In this document: positions 12,801-25,773 of the stretch, piece after piece
Position numbering within the stretch: the stretch's first letter is position 1
How the letters are laid out: every line of letters begins with the position of its first letter
Origin: Laetmonice hystrix
Lineage: Eukaryota
DNA length: 64,000 nt
Direction: 5' to 3'
NCBI GenBank assembly: GCA_965235115.1
Contig: OZ249440.1
Coordinates: 7,440,001-7,504,000 of the forward strand
The notes under the pieces: model-generated
Database searches by the model: none
Seen by the model: only the letters and a program-made list of their open reading frames with translations
Told to the model about the DNA's origin: nothing
Translations under genes and position numbers: made by a program

Positions 12801-15800
12801 GTCTGTGAACTTGGGGGTACAAAACAAAAATTCACGTCACCTTACCACCCACAGACCAATGCGGCGTGTGAGCGCATGAACAGTTATATAATACAAAGTG
12901 TCAAGGCATTCTGTAAGGAGGACCAAGAAGACTGGCCCAACAAGCTGCCAGGTATTCTAATGGCATATCGTTCCACTCCTGCTACACGGTCAACAGAACT
13001 TTCACCTTATCAGTTAGTGTTTGGGCGTACCATGACCACACCAACTGATGTAGACCTACTCCCAAAGAAGTCTCTACCTGAAAACTACCAGGATCACCTG
13101 AACGGTCTTGTCCAAAACCTCAAAGTGTTTCAACAGGTAGCCAAGAGCAACGTTGAGAGAAACCAGGCAAAATACAAGGAAATTCATGACAGAAAGGCAA
13201 AAGACAAGACATTAAAAATTGGGGACAAAGTACTTATGACCAATCCAGCTGTACCTGTGGGACTCGTTCCTAAACTGTTCCCGCCATTCAAGGGCCCATA
13301 CACCATTGTTGACAAGGGTCCAAACAACACCTACAGACTGGAAGACAACACAAACAAGGTATTACCTCACCTGATCCATGCGAACAGACTCTCCATCTTC
13401 ACTGAGCGAAAACAACACTTGGGAGAAGATCCAACAGTGGAAGAACCAAATACATCAACGTCCGATGGAGAAGATCCTACCTTAAATGTTGAAGAACCAG
13501 GAGACACTCAACCTGACACAGGGAATCTTGACTCTGGATCCATTGGAGATGAGGCTTCATCTTCAACTAGTGAAAACCTACCAGACAACTTTCCACCACC
13601 CCCAGATGATCCACCAATGTCACAGGATCTACAAACTCTCCCTCAACTCTCGCAGGATAACAAACAACACACCACTACTCAACCATCCAGAGTTATCACG
13701 GGAATAGAGAGAGCAGTCAACCAAAAGGGGAAAGTGTATTACAAAGTCATCATCAAGGATCAAAAGCACAGGCCTTGGGTGTGGAGAGAAGAGATTCCCA
13801 TCCATATCCTGGATCTCTTTCACAAAACCAGAACCATGCGAGGAACTACCAAGAAACGAAAGAAAACACGGTCGTATTTCACCAGAAAGTAATAGAGTTG
13901 CCATTCTAATACCAGTAACCACAAAGAAGACAAGACAACCACTAAAAGACCAGTCGTGTTGGCTGGCGAATTATCACACATTTAACATGCATGACGATAC
14001 TGATCCATGTTGGTTCCAATATTAAGTCAGAGGGCACAGGAGTTAACAAAGTTTCAGGGCATTTTTATGTAGGGGGCAAGCTGAAGAATTAATGTCATAA
14101 TCATAGAGGTCATTTATTGGTAAAGAGCAGGGATTAGCTGGTCTAATCCAAGGCCACTGCTTGGGAACCTTCATACTACATTAATATTTTTTTTTGTCAC
14201 CAACTATTCATGTCAGTTTAGGTTCACTACATTGTATGCCTTGTTATGGGTTCTAACTCGCTGTTTGCAGTAGCCACCCTGCTTGTATGACTTAGTGCGA
14301 GGTCTCCTTGCATAGGCAGCCACGATCTAGCGTCGGCATAAATTTGTTCTCAACAGAGCTCATCCAGAAGCTAGGAGAAGATAAATCATTAATTTCAAGT
14401 ACGACCCAGTCATCTAAAGGTTACAAGGTAAAACATACAAGTTACACTAATGGTTCAACATGTCTTTACAAGTTATTTCACAAGTTCTCACCTAAATCCA
14501 TGTTTACTTGAAAAAAAGGGTTACCCAGATTAATAGGTACAGTTATTTACCTTACTCATGCTGTTATTGGTATTGGCCCAGTGATTGGTATAAGGTGTTT
14601 GAAAGCATACAGTTTCCTGACATTAGTCCATACCTGTTGGCACTCATCTGCTTGTTATAGTTTGAACATGCATTGAATTTTGACAACATGCGCAGCTAAA
14701 GACCTGAACAACGCATCAGACATTTATTTCAGTTGTGCTGTTTATTTCCTGACATCAGTTATATGTCAGCAGCAGCAACTCTAGTGCTATGTCGATTGCA
14801 TGCACGTAGATATTATCATTTATGTTTGTGTGAACTTTTTAATGAACATGTCTTGATTCCGCCTGACTCGTAAGACAAGCAATTGAATTGAATCGGTTGG
14901 CGACATACAGACTTTGTATGAAGGACATCTGCGGATTTCGCACAGTGTAATTGTGCAAAAGCTCAAATCTATGTGGACTCATGAACATTTGCGAGCTACA
15001 ATCCATAAACAGTCAGCCATATTGAGTCATCCAATTGAGAAGAATTCCAAGGAATCGTAAAGACAGAGTTTTAGTGATTGATCGTGTTGTATTTGATGAT
15101 GTGTAGTGTAGCGTGTTATGTAACTTGTAAGTAGTATATGAACATTTTATGAGAGAGGTCAAGGCGGTTTTTTACATTGTGCAACCTTTATAAACGTTTG
15201 ATCGGAGCAAACTTTTTCAAACAATGGGGATCTTTGGTAGGCTAATAATAACCCCACTTCCACCCCAGCATCACTGTGACTACCAGCTTGACCTATATGG
15301 CCACTGACCACTGGTGACTCACATATCTAGGTCACCTCAACCGGATTAATTAAGTCAGATATATATTAATGTACTTTAACTTTGTTTAGATATTTCTTTT
15401 GTAACCCCACATGGTGGAAATAATATATTTTGAGCCTCTCATTTATTCAGTCATGCTGATCGTTTCAATAAGGTTTATACTGATGCAATACACAAATGGT
15501 TATAGGGAGTCAGGAGGAAGACAACATGGCGGCCACCCTGCATTCCAGGTTGTGGTCAGGAGTTAATGAATGTCCGGTGTGGTTTAAAAGAGTATATATA
15601 AAATAACGGTTTACCTTTAAAACATATCTGTAAAATACATACTTATAAATTTATATCATTATGGTAGTGGATACTATTGTTTTATCCAACATGAAGGAGT
15701 AGGTGATTAATTAGTGGTCATTAGTTGGCATCCAATCAAAACCCCTCCAGGGCGTGGGTGCTGCACCAGGGGTATATAAACCCTGCACCTCAGTCTCTCT

Positions 15801-16676
15801 CTCTCTCTCTTGTGCTCAGTCACCACGTGGACAACTCAGTTTCAATTATCATTCGGACATTGTGATGTGAACAGTGGACTATTCAAATCTCAACCACAAC
15901 TATATACTCAGGATGTGAACTACTATATTTTGGGGACACGGATTTTAACCAGGAGTGTTCTGGACTTTAACACGTGTACCTTGACCATCGGTGAGTGACC
16001 CAAAATGTTGTTGTGCCGGTGCCTACTGATATCTACCTACTCTCTGTTTTAATCTGTGTACTACCGGTATGTCTTTGTATGGTGTGGACGGGGTGCCGGA
16101 TGTGCCATCTGGCAAAACCCCAACTTGTGTAGTGGCCTGGCCACGTGGTTCGGCCGTCGGCCATCATCATCAGTTATATCTTGTAAAATAAATACTACGG
16201 ATGTTCTTTGTAATCATAAATCAATCTTCTCTTTTCTTTCCCTTAAGGATAATGTATTTACGTTTACCTAGCTAGTTATCACTCCCCTAGTTTACAAACC
16301 AATCGTTTTCATCACAATCTAATACAAAATATAGGATCCCTATAGAAATACTAAATTGGTAAAAAAATACTAAATCAGTAATACCAAACATGTGTAAAAT
16401 CTTGCTCCCAGAGTAAATTTGAAATAATTCATTAAAAAAATTTACTACTTCAAAATTCACATGCCATTTACAACTACACCCCCCCCCCCACACACACACA
16501 CACACATGATACCAACGGACGAATTACGCACAAATCGTACTAACTTGTTGCGCTGAATGAGAATGGCATTAACCTCTGCAGAGAGTTTCTTTTTCTTCCT
16601 GGTATGGAGAACCAGCTTTGCTGCAACAGGCGGGAAGGTCTCCAAGAAGACCTTGTCGAGGTCGATGTCCATGAGT
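9850..16676 (-). CDS. 3' exons of a CACTA/EnSpm accessory gene (SAMD3-like C-terminal domain family); N-terminus unresolved
   Basis: Phase-compatible exons 16676-16545 (..LMDIDLDKVFLETF..RNK), 10541-10427 (AKEESPELD..LLLPHLLKEKPQFLYILID) and 10176-9850 (NPQ..APVMVICG..FYIVVDG..ALCLLFATYYILNFQY..LTFIQKCILGI..stop), all with GT-AG sites. The LF-x-xYY-x-xN-x-xY...F-x-Q motif matches the SAMD3-like/EnSpm ORF2 C-terminus (recognised from memory). A possible upstream exon 19438-19298 could not be joined in phase. Confidence 0.6.
10733..11703 (+). repeat. 5' LTR-like direct repeat (971 bp)
   Basis: Matches 15233-16203 at an exact 4500-bp offset; the only mismatch seen is 11696 vs 16196. Contains TATATAAA (11274-11281), a GTGAGT donor (11491) and AATAAA (~11687). 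Confidence 0.9.
11695..13892 (+). CDS. Truncated Gypsy pol: RNase H + integrase (H2C2 zinc finger, DDE core, GPY motif) + acidic linker + chromo-like C-terminus
   Basis: TDAS..GIGYILSQ..IAYGGR..Y..SELE.LAI..HY..YL..F.VYTDHKPL (Ty3 RNase H); H..GGGHQG..C..CQ; WHMDF, VSDLGRQF, NAACERMN (D,D,E); PPFKGPY. Frame open for about 730 codons. The track start at 11556 is a GTG inside the LTR, not a real start. Confidence 0.92.
15233..16203 (+). repeat. 3' LTR-like direct repeat
   Basis: Copy of 10733-11703. Preceded by TTTTTC-AAACAATGGGGA (U-tract plus polypurine-like tract). A TGTAA(15400)...TTACA(16296) inverted-end pair offers an alternative LTR definition. Confidence 0.9.
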
Positions 16677-16694
16677 CTGAGTGTGGATTAAGAA

Positions 16695-18497
16695 TCAGTT
16701 GTGGGTGAGTGTGGGGCCGAGGGTGATCGAGTTGTGGGTGGGTGGGGGTGTGCGTGAGGACCGAGTTGTGGGTGGGTGTGGGTTGTGGGTGAGGACCGAG
16801 TTGTGGGTGGGTGGGGTGTGGGTGTGGGTGAGGACCGAGTTGTGTGTGGGTTGTGGGTGAGGACCGAGTTGTGGGTGGGTGGGGGTGTGGGTGTGGGTGA
16901 GGACCGAGTTGTGGGTGGGTGTAGGTGTGGGTGAGGACCGAGTTGTGGGTGGGTGTGGGCGAGGACCGAGTTGTGGGTGGGTGTGGGTGTGGGCGAGGAC
17001 CGAGTTGTGGGTGGGTGTGGGTGAGGACCGAGTTGTGGGTGGGTGTGGGTGTGGGTGAGGACCGAGTTGTGGGTGGGTGTGGGTGAGGACCGAGTTGTGG
17101 GTGAGGACCGAGTTGTGGGTGGGTGTGGGTGAGGACCGAGTTGTGGGTGGGTGTAGGTGTGGGCGAGGACCGAGTTGTGGGTGGGTGTAAGTGTGGGTGT
17201 GAGTGAGGACCGAGTTGTGTGTGGGTGGGGGTGTGCGTGAGGAGTGAGGTGTGGATGGGTGTATGGGTGGGGTGGGCGAGGGGTGATCGAGTTGTGGGTG
17301 GGTGTATGGGTGGGGTGGGTGAGGAGTGATCAAGTTGTGGGTGGGTGTATGGGTGGGTGGGCGAGGGGTGATCGAGTTGTGGGTGGGTGTATGGGTGGGG
17401 TGGGCGAGGGGTGATCAAGTTGTGGGTGGGTGTATGGGTGGGGTGGGTGAGGAGTGATCGAGTTGTGGGTGGGTGTATGGGTGGGGTGGTGCGAGGAGTG
17501 ATCGAGTTGTGGGCCGGGTGGGTGTATGGGTGGGGTGGGCGAGGGGTGATCGAGTTGTGGGTGGGTGTATGGGTGGGGTGGGTGAGGAGTGATCAAGTTG
17601 TGGGTGGGTGTATGGGTGGGGTGGGTGAGGAGTGATCGAGTTGTGGGTGGGTGTATGGGTGGGTGGGCGAGGGGTGATCGAGTTGTGGGTGGGACTAGGT
17701 GTATGGGTGGGTGGGCGAGTGGTGATCAAGTTGTGGGTGGGTGTATGGGTGTGGGGGGTGAGGAGTGATCGAGTTGTGGGTGGGTGTATGGGTGTGGGGG
17801 GTGAGGAGTGATCGAGTTGTGGGTGGGTGTATGGGTGGGTGGGCGAGTGGTGATCGAGTTGTGGGTGGGTGTATGAGTGGGGTGGGTGAGGAGTGATCGA
17901 GTTGTGGGTGGGACTGGGTGTATGGGTGGGTGGGCGAGGGGTGATCGAGTTGTGGGTGGGTGTATGGGTGGGTGGGCGAGGGGTGATCGAGTTGTGGGTG
18001 GGTGTATGGGTGGGTGGGCGAGTGGTGATCGAGTTGTGGGTGGGTGTATGGGTGGGTGGGCGAGGGGTGATCGAGTTGTGGGTGGGTGTATGGGTGGGTG
18101 GGCGAGTGGTGATCGAGTTGTGGGTGGGTGTATGAGTGGGGTGGGTGAGGAGTGATCGAGTTGTGGGTGGGACTAGGTGTATGGGTGGGGTGGGGGAGGG
18201 GTGATCGAGTTGTGGGTTGGTGTATGGGTGGGGTGGGTGAGGAGTGATCGAGTTGTGGGTGGGACTGGGTGTATGGGTGGGGTGGTGCGAGGGGTGATCG
18301 AGTTGTGGGTGGGTGTATGGGTGGGGTGGGTGAGGAGTGATCGAGTTGTGGGTGGGTGTATGGGTGGGGTGGTGCGAAAGGGTGATCGAGTTGTGGGCCG
18401 GGTGGTTGTATGGGTGGGTGGGCGAGGGGTGATCGAGTTGTGGGTGTGGGTGTGTGTATGGGTGGGGTGGTGCGAGGAGTGATCGAGTTGTGGGCCG
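16695..18497 (+). repeat. G-rich minisatellite/satellite with two sub-arrays (~28-34 bp GAGGACCGAGTTGTGGGTGGGTGT..; ~38-48 bp GAG(G/T)GATCGAGTTGTGGGTGGGTGTATGGGTGGG..)
   Basis: Direct reading; accounts for all His/Pro/Thr-rich and Gly/Val/Trp-rich ORFs in 16540-18637. Confidence 0.95.
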
Positions 18498-21199
18498 GGC
18501 CAGACAGTGGACTGTTTTCATGGCGAGTACATTGCTCGTTTTTACCATTTTTGTGTGTAAAATTCAAGATTCAAACTTCATGCAAGAGTAGGCTGCTAAT
18601 TTTGGTATTTAAATTAAATACTCATTTACGATATTAATTATTAATTAATTAATTAATGTTAGCTTACCTGAATAAAGAGGTTGAGATAATTTTGCAACAT
18701 GTTTCTGTACTTAAACCACTTTATTTGTTGGACCACTATTATAATAGATTGGGCAAGACGCCCCTATGAGGAGCGGAACTCGAGCTCAAGTGGGGGGGGG
18801 GGGGGGGGGGCGTTCGAACCCCGAACACCTCCCCCCTGCTGGCTCCCCGGCTGGTGCCGGCCAAGGCCTACGTTTTTGTGACGTCACAATTGAGTCTAAC
18901 TTCTATTGCACCTCCTGATCATCATGACCTAATGACCGAATTCGTAGTCGGCGGCAGAACTCTCCCGTGGAATCTATGATCGTAGCTAGCATCATTCACC
19001 ACATCCTCGAACCCTCTTTTGTTCCTCAAAAGCCAAATTGACAATATGATCGATGTAGATCGATCGATGTAGATGCAGCCTGCATAACACATTCACAAAT
19101 TTCGACTATAGACTCGAGTTCGACACCCTGGCCTAGGCCTACACTAGAAGTAGGCCTACCACCGCCCCAGCCACACTAGTCTACACGCCACTGAATATGA
19201 TTCTGACAAAAAGTGAAGCCTGTAGCAACCAGACTACAACCGCTCGAGAAACAATAAACGCATACATAATGTAGAAGTATGTACATGAATGACTTACCTT
19301 GCTAATACTCTTGCTTTGACTTTGAGGCCGCTGAGTCAACCAGCAGTTGGTGACAATGCTGCACGCCGTGTCGCAGTCTAGCAGATTCCCGCCAAATGCG
19401 GAACACAATGCATCTTGGGACAAGAGGAATTCATCCATCCTCAGCTTGTGCCCTTCTTTCCACGTTTAGTACAAATGCAGATCATTTATTTGTTTTGCTG
19501 AAAAAAGTGCTCGTTTGGCCAATTTGCCTTAAAAACAAAAACAAAACAAAAACTAGAATTTAAGGCACATGCCCCCTCCCCCCTCGAAGTACACGTTCAC
19601 GCAAAATGTGTAATCCTCTACTAATGTTAGGTAGCTTAGGCGTTGGTATAACACCAGCAAAAGTAAACGTTTACAGTTGTGTGGTAGTAAAATGTACACA
19701 ACACTCCGGTAAGTAAACGTTTACAATTGTGTGTCAGTAAAATTGACACAAACACCCCAGTAGTAAACGTTTACGCCATGAGAGGGCATGGTTAATCTAT
19801 GTATTAGTGAACCTTTACCTAGTCTTTTTACAGTGTAGGGCCTACAACTTCGTCAGCAATGTCTGTCTTACCATCATGGACATGGGTCTTGCAGGTTGGG
19901 ACCACATCGACCTTCGTGTGGCATCACCTTGGACCACATCGACCATGTCTCATGGAGTGACAAATGTTCTAGTTCTGAGACTGTCTGGAGACTGCGTCTT
20001 CCGGTGGGTCGCACATTTCCCGCATGGTGGCGCTGACCTCCGCCCGGCCATCCGTCAAGTCAAGATCACGCTTAGCCCGCCCTGATCGAACCATTCCATG
20101 TTAATGTTCCACTACCACAGAGATCATCTAATGGATAGTCAAAGGTCATCTAAATTCTTTAATCCAAAAGGGCAGTCGTCGGCTTGATCCCTGGGACACA
20201 GCGACCTGTGGGCCTAGACCTATTAGGTCTATAGGCCTACTTAGGCCTACGTCGCAGTTAGCCGCCTAATTTGGGACCACGTGTCGGCATCTGCACGCCC
20301 CGCCTACCGCCGGCCATATAGGCTATAAAAATCTCGTTTGTACGACCCTGCTGGTTGGGGATTGCGGGAACAAAAATCGTGTTCCAACAATGCACTGGTA
20401 CAATCGTATCTACATGTACGCAGTGAAAAGGTAAAATATAGGCATAGGCATAGGCCTAGTTCAGCAAAGTAGTTTGCATTTGAACTGTTTCAAGTCAAAT
20501 TACATTTAAATCTTTAAGAAAAATGAAGTGAAGTGATAAACAACCTCTGATAATGTAAGTAATGTTTGATTATAATTATTTTGTGAGTTAATCAGCTGGT
20601 TCCCGGCTCCCTCGCTTGGTGGCTCTGTAGGCAGTCCACGCGAGCCACCACAGAGCCACCAAGTGAGGGACCCGGGAACCCACATACACAACCAGAAGAG
20701 GTCAGTTTCAGCAAAAACGACATCTGGTGGAAGAGTGGAGTTTCTCATGACATGACTGTTCGACACGCTGGTCCCAGCGCACGTTCACTTGGCCCCCTAG
20801 CGGAGACCGCGGAGGACTTGGATTGTTCCACATAGCGCACTGTAGCGCCCTCTGTAGGCTACGTGCAAACATAATATTAGTGTGCGTGTAATCCTATAGA
20901 TGGCGCATCTACTTGCAGTAGACCCGGGCCAGCTTCCAGACAGGGTGCAGCAGAGACGGGCCCATGCCAGGATGCACCAGGCTCACCGGCTGAGGTGCAC
21001 GGTTTTTTGTTGTTTGTTTGTGTGAGTTGAAATTACAGTAACTCAGAGTCGCAAGGAATAAAGCATGTGTCAATGTCTCATATCTACACATTTGATAATG
21101 TGAATATATTAGTATCTATAAGCGGTTTTTTTCAATGCATTTTATTTATATGATTGATCTTAAAATAGGCCTAGATAATAAAAATAACATTCAGCCAAT

Positions 21200-22070
21200 C
21201 TGTGTCATGCACAGCGATTTGTTCTGAATTACTAGAATATGTATGACTTGCACTTGATCTGCACAGTCTAAGAAAAAAGTCATCTGAAGATAATATCCCC
21301 CCCCCCTCCATATCATTTACTTCTTGAACGTTTATAGCTTTGATAAAAACGGAAACGTTTATCTTTCAGCCATGAATAATCTGATAAATAACCCAACACT
21401 TGTCATATGTTGTAGAAGCTTTTCATTTATTTATTCCGGGCACCACAAATTGTCCTGACACCTGATTGCACAGCATGATAATATTCCACATCTCAATCAC
21501 CATGACGACGTTGTTAGATAACAAAGTAAGGGGTAACTTACCATGAAACTCTTTACTTCGATGCAACCTCAAATCTACAGAAACCAACAGACGTTTGTGG
21601 GTAAAAAAACCCAAAGTGTTTTGACAGGTAACAATAAAGCACCAAATGATATCTGTTAATGTCCTGAAACTTATTCTTCTCTATTCTGATCTTTTTTCAA
21701 AACCTGAAACTAAAGGTTTCTCACTATATGTACACGTCTTGCCCATTTTAAAACCTAAACAGTTCCTTTAGATAATATCGGCGTAAGAGTTCTAAACTCG
21801 TCCAAACAAACTACATACTTCTTTTGCATAAAAGAAAATATAACTGTCCGCCCCAAACCATGTGAACTGGGCAACACCTGGAACAATCCATACCATATCT
21901 CCAATAGATAGCACTTGAAACGAGCACCCTAAGCGCATAATATGTACAAAGTAGGGACACATTTTAAAAGAGGATGATGTCCTATCATCAAAAATTGTCT
22001 TACTTAGTTTTGGGTATACCTTCCCAAAACCGGCCTCTTCATTCATTACGTTCATGTCATACATAAAACG
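21200..22070 (-). mobile_element. Possible highly decayed non-LTR retrotransposon 3' fragment
   Basis: Broken coding-like segments with faint resemblance to a LINE C-terminal Cys/His region; no intact motif. Confidence 0.2.
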
Positions 22071-25000
22071 ACGAAGAAAGAATTTTGGTTTTTACCCTTT
22101 TCGTGATATTGGCAATGATGCCATGATGCCATGATCATACCTAAATCTAGTTTGAACTTAAACTTCCCTTCCTGTACCACATGGATCAAGGATTTTAACC
22201 AACCATGATGTGTCGCCAAACAAATCAGGATTTACCCAAGATCTCGGATATTGACCTGTTTATATTATATCTGTTATACCATTGGTATTATCAGATGAAT
22301 ATATTATTGCGTTTCACCTTCTATCATACGGATTTATATGTTGGTGCAGAGCAGGCACTTCGTGTAGACCTACAGCCATTCTGCTGGGGAGAAAATAACA
22401 GCAGTTTTACTTCTTAATACAGTGAGGGAGAAAGGCTTATGAGGGAGCTGATGTCGACATAGACTTTATTGTAATTACATGGACTTAATCTTCGTGAAAT
22501 GTGTAAATCACTAATTTCATAAATCGACCTTTGTAAGGGTTACTTTACAATCATGTCCAGTCTTGGCATAATGTAATTATTCAACATAAACAAGTGTAGT
22601 TTTAATATTTCGCTTCAGAAATGTTAAAATTTTGAGGCCTCCTAAATTAATGGATTTTGATAGATCAAAACACCCCTTGACTTCACTGATCCCTATGCAT
22701 TCACACATACACACAAGCAAGGACCTTGAAACACCTCTGAAGTTGAAAAAACCATCGTTTTCTAGTTAGAAGTTCCTCTACTTGAAGTTATCAGTGGCGT
22801 GTTACCTTTTCCAGACATGCAAACAAGTTGTAATTGTATTGCTTCAAGGTCTACTGTGGCACATAAAATCCCGCACTTCGCTTAGCTATTGCAACCAGGA
22901 GAATACTGAACACAGATTGGATGTATCACTTTTGAACACATCATTATTCTTTACCAGAATACATTGCACAACATCTGTAAACAAGGCATGAGGTCATTAA
23001 TGGGAATAAAACACCTTGACAGGGTTTACAATAGAATGACGCCCGTGTTTAATTCCACTTCAGAGTACACCTGCAGGCGTGAACTTTAAATGTTTCATCA
23101 TGAAAATTTTACTGACACATGTATTATTTTCTATCCCAAGTGTAAACTTCTCACTTCAATAATACTGTATAAATAGTAATTTCTTGAAACTGTATTGTAC
23201 AAAGGTAAATGCAGCCTTTCCAATATAACATTTGAGTGGTGTCCTTTATTTTTCAACTCCACATATAATTGCCAATTACCGTAATGTCCTCATATGACTG
23301 ACAGGTCACTCTTGCATGTAGAAATCCTGCATGTACAACTCTTGCATGTACTAATGCACATATTCGGTCATTTCACGAACGTTTTGTTTTTCACTTTTTT
23401 ATGGAAATATTGAACGTCCGAGATCAGCGGTACTTAACGCACCACTGGATTAGATTATTTCAAGTCTATAGAACACAGTGTGTGCCAAACCTGTTCATCA
23501 CTAAGAGATATAAACTTATTATTTGAGCCAACAGTCGACAGTACCACTACTACCGGTACTAAAACCCTGGGGTGCCATGCATGAGTAGTTTCAGCAGAAT
23601 CAAAGCAATTTTTTGTTCAGGGTCTAGTACCAAATATATTTTCCATAGGAAACAAAAGTCCATTTCATGAAAAGATTGGAAGCACCAAAGGAATGCACCG
23701 GGCAAGTCTGCACATTTCTTGTCTGTGAGTATAGCTTTTCATGTTAGCACCAAAACTGTGCCAATATTTTTGCCCTTCATAAAGCGCCCAACCAAATATG
23801 AAGGTACTGCGTAAGCAATCCGATTATTTCTGTCTTCCCACCCCTCAATCTACATCTATATTGACCATATTATAACCTGATTCGTTCCAGCTACCGGTGA
23901 AAGGCTAAAGAGTTTATTTCAGGCAAGTTTCTGGTACACCATTATCTTTTACTCTGGCAATTTAGTATTTGGTTAATAACTCGAAATATAATACAATACT
24001 CATAGTCCCCTCCCTGGTGCAGTGGCCAACTGTCGCAACAAGACGTAATGCCAATCAACAATTGAAGAAAGTCAAAGCGTTTGCTTCAACTGATTATGTC
24101 TGATGTCGCAAATACAGAGCTCTAATATTTTAATATTCCTCCTTTACGCCCCACGCCACTTGCGTTTCGAATCGTCATTTTGTGATAAGTCAGTGACCAA
24201 GCTTCTAGCGGCCATATTATAACTCTACTGTTCCCTGGACTGTTCCTTTTATGTCAAGCCTGAGATCTGTGATCGTACTAGCTGATTATTTTGATAAATT
24301 ACTGCTCTCTACATCGGAAAGGTCCTGCAAGGAACAATACTTGGACCGGGCGCCTTGTCAGGACGCAGGCAGCCCCGTATCTGTTGACACCTGTTGAAAT
24401 CCTACGGCAACCCTTGACCTAAGTGAACTCGATAACCAAAATTGTAGGTCACTTCCTGTCGGCTAACTTCACAAACAGAGATGTATAACTGATTCACAAA
24501 CTACTGGCCGTTGAGAATTATGAGGAGTGAACCTTTTTCTGTATAATATAAGAAATTCTTCATAGAAATCTCAGCTAGATGAGGAGTATGCATCAGTATC
24601 CATAGACACTGTATACAAAAGACAGTACAGTATGTATCAGGTCGATTTTTTTTCAACCCTACAGGTTGTGCATAAAATTTGTTGGAGACTCAAAACTAAC
24701 TGTATAACTCCAATGTGGCCATACAAAAGGGTAAAAAATACCCAGGCATAATCCCCCGAAAAAAATACCCCTGATGGCTTTTCACTTGGTACAGTTTTAT
24801 AGAGTGTGAGCTTGCCAACACTATTATAACATGATAGGTCAACTTACTATAGCGTTGTGCTTTAAAAAATAGATCACTTCTATCTAAACTGAAACGTTTA
24901 CGGCAATATTGTATTTCATTTACAACAGTGACCAAGATATTTCACCTACTGCTTCTAAGCCGTGTTTCATTTTGCAATTTTAAAGGAGCATTTTCTAAAA

Positions 25001-25773
25001 CCTGGTGGGGGCACACATACCTCACAACCAAAATTTTACAACAGACCTTGTCTTTTAAGTTACATGATCCAAACCGTATACCCACAAAACATGAACTAAG
25101 TAAAAATAGACTAATTTGTTTTCGGTAGTCTAGGGTTCAGGTGGTGGTCACCTGAAGGCTTGGGCCAGAATAATCAATCATTTGGCAACAAAGTGACCAT
25201 GTCCGTTTTTTACCTGAACAAATTCTGACATGCACTTCACTCTGCAAAGCCACTATCATTTTAATGGGTTTTTTTTAGGTCATATGTCTTTAGTTCTTAA
25301 AAGACAGGGCCTGGTGGTTTCTCAACTAAAAGATCTGTGCTAACTGGCAAGCAAGCATTCACACAAGAGTTACTCACAAGTGTATAGATCAATGAGTAAA
25401 ACGGGAGTTTTCTCCACAGTGATACACATTTCTTTCTACATTTGTACCGGGTGCATCATAAATCACTTTTCTATGTTTCAACGGCATGTAAACCTCACGC
25501 ATTCAACTGTGTTTCTTAATTACATCTTTATACACCAACATTAGGTACCGGTAATATTATTTTACACGGTGTTTTCATAAATCAAAACACATTCCTTGTT
25601 AATGCTAGAGGTCCACATCCATTGGATCACCAATCCTTCGTATTCCTAACCCGATCATCAGAAAAGGTCGTCCATTTCTTAACAGTGCAAAATAAACACT
25701 GACAACATGTCTTTGCCTATATATAAAAAGATGGAGGAAATAATTCCACACTTGTCCACCAGGTGGTATACTT

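Larger units (their letters stand above)
10733..16296 (+). mobile_element. Internally deleted Ty3/Gypsy LTR retrotransposon nested in an intron of the CACTA gene (right boundary 16200-16296 uncertain)
   Basis: Two direct repeats flank an RNase H-integrase ORF; gag, protease and RT are absent. Confidence 0.85.
8481..19837 (-). mobile_element. Composite non-autonomous CACTA/EnSpm (CMC) DNA transposon, ~11.35 kb
   Basis: TA-CACTGTAAAAA at 8481-8493 and TTTTTACAGTG-TA at 19825-19837 (11-bp TIR, 2-bp TA TSD). The palindromic subterminal motif GTAAAC(G/A)TTTAC is repeated at both ends (~8500-8910 and ~19660-19775). Internal spliced ORF of a family known from animal EnSpm elements. Confidence 0.75.

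Noticed and set aside
16540-18637. Long His/Pro/Thr-rich and Gly/Val/Trp-rich ORFs (up to 377 aa)
   Set aside because: All frames derive from the G-rich satellite; they overlap on both strands and lack splice or start context.
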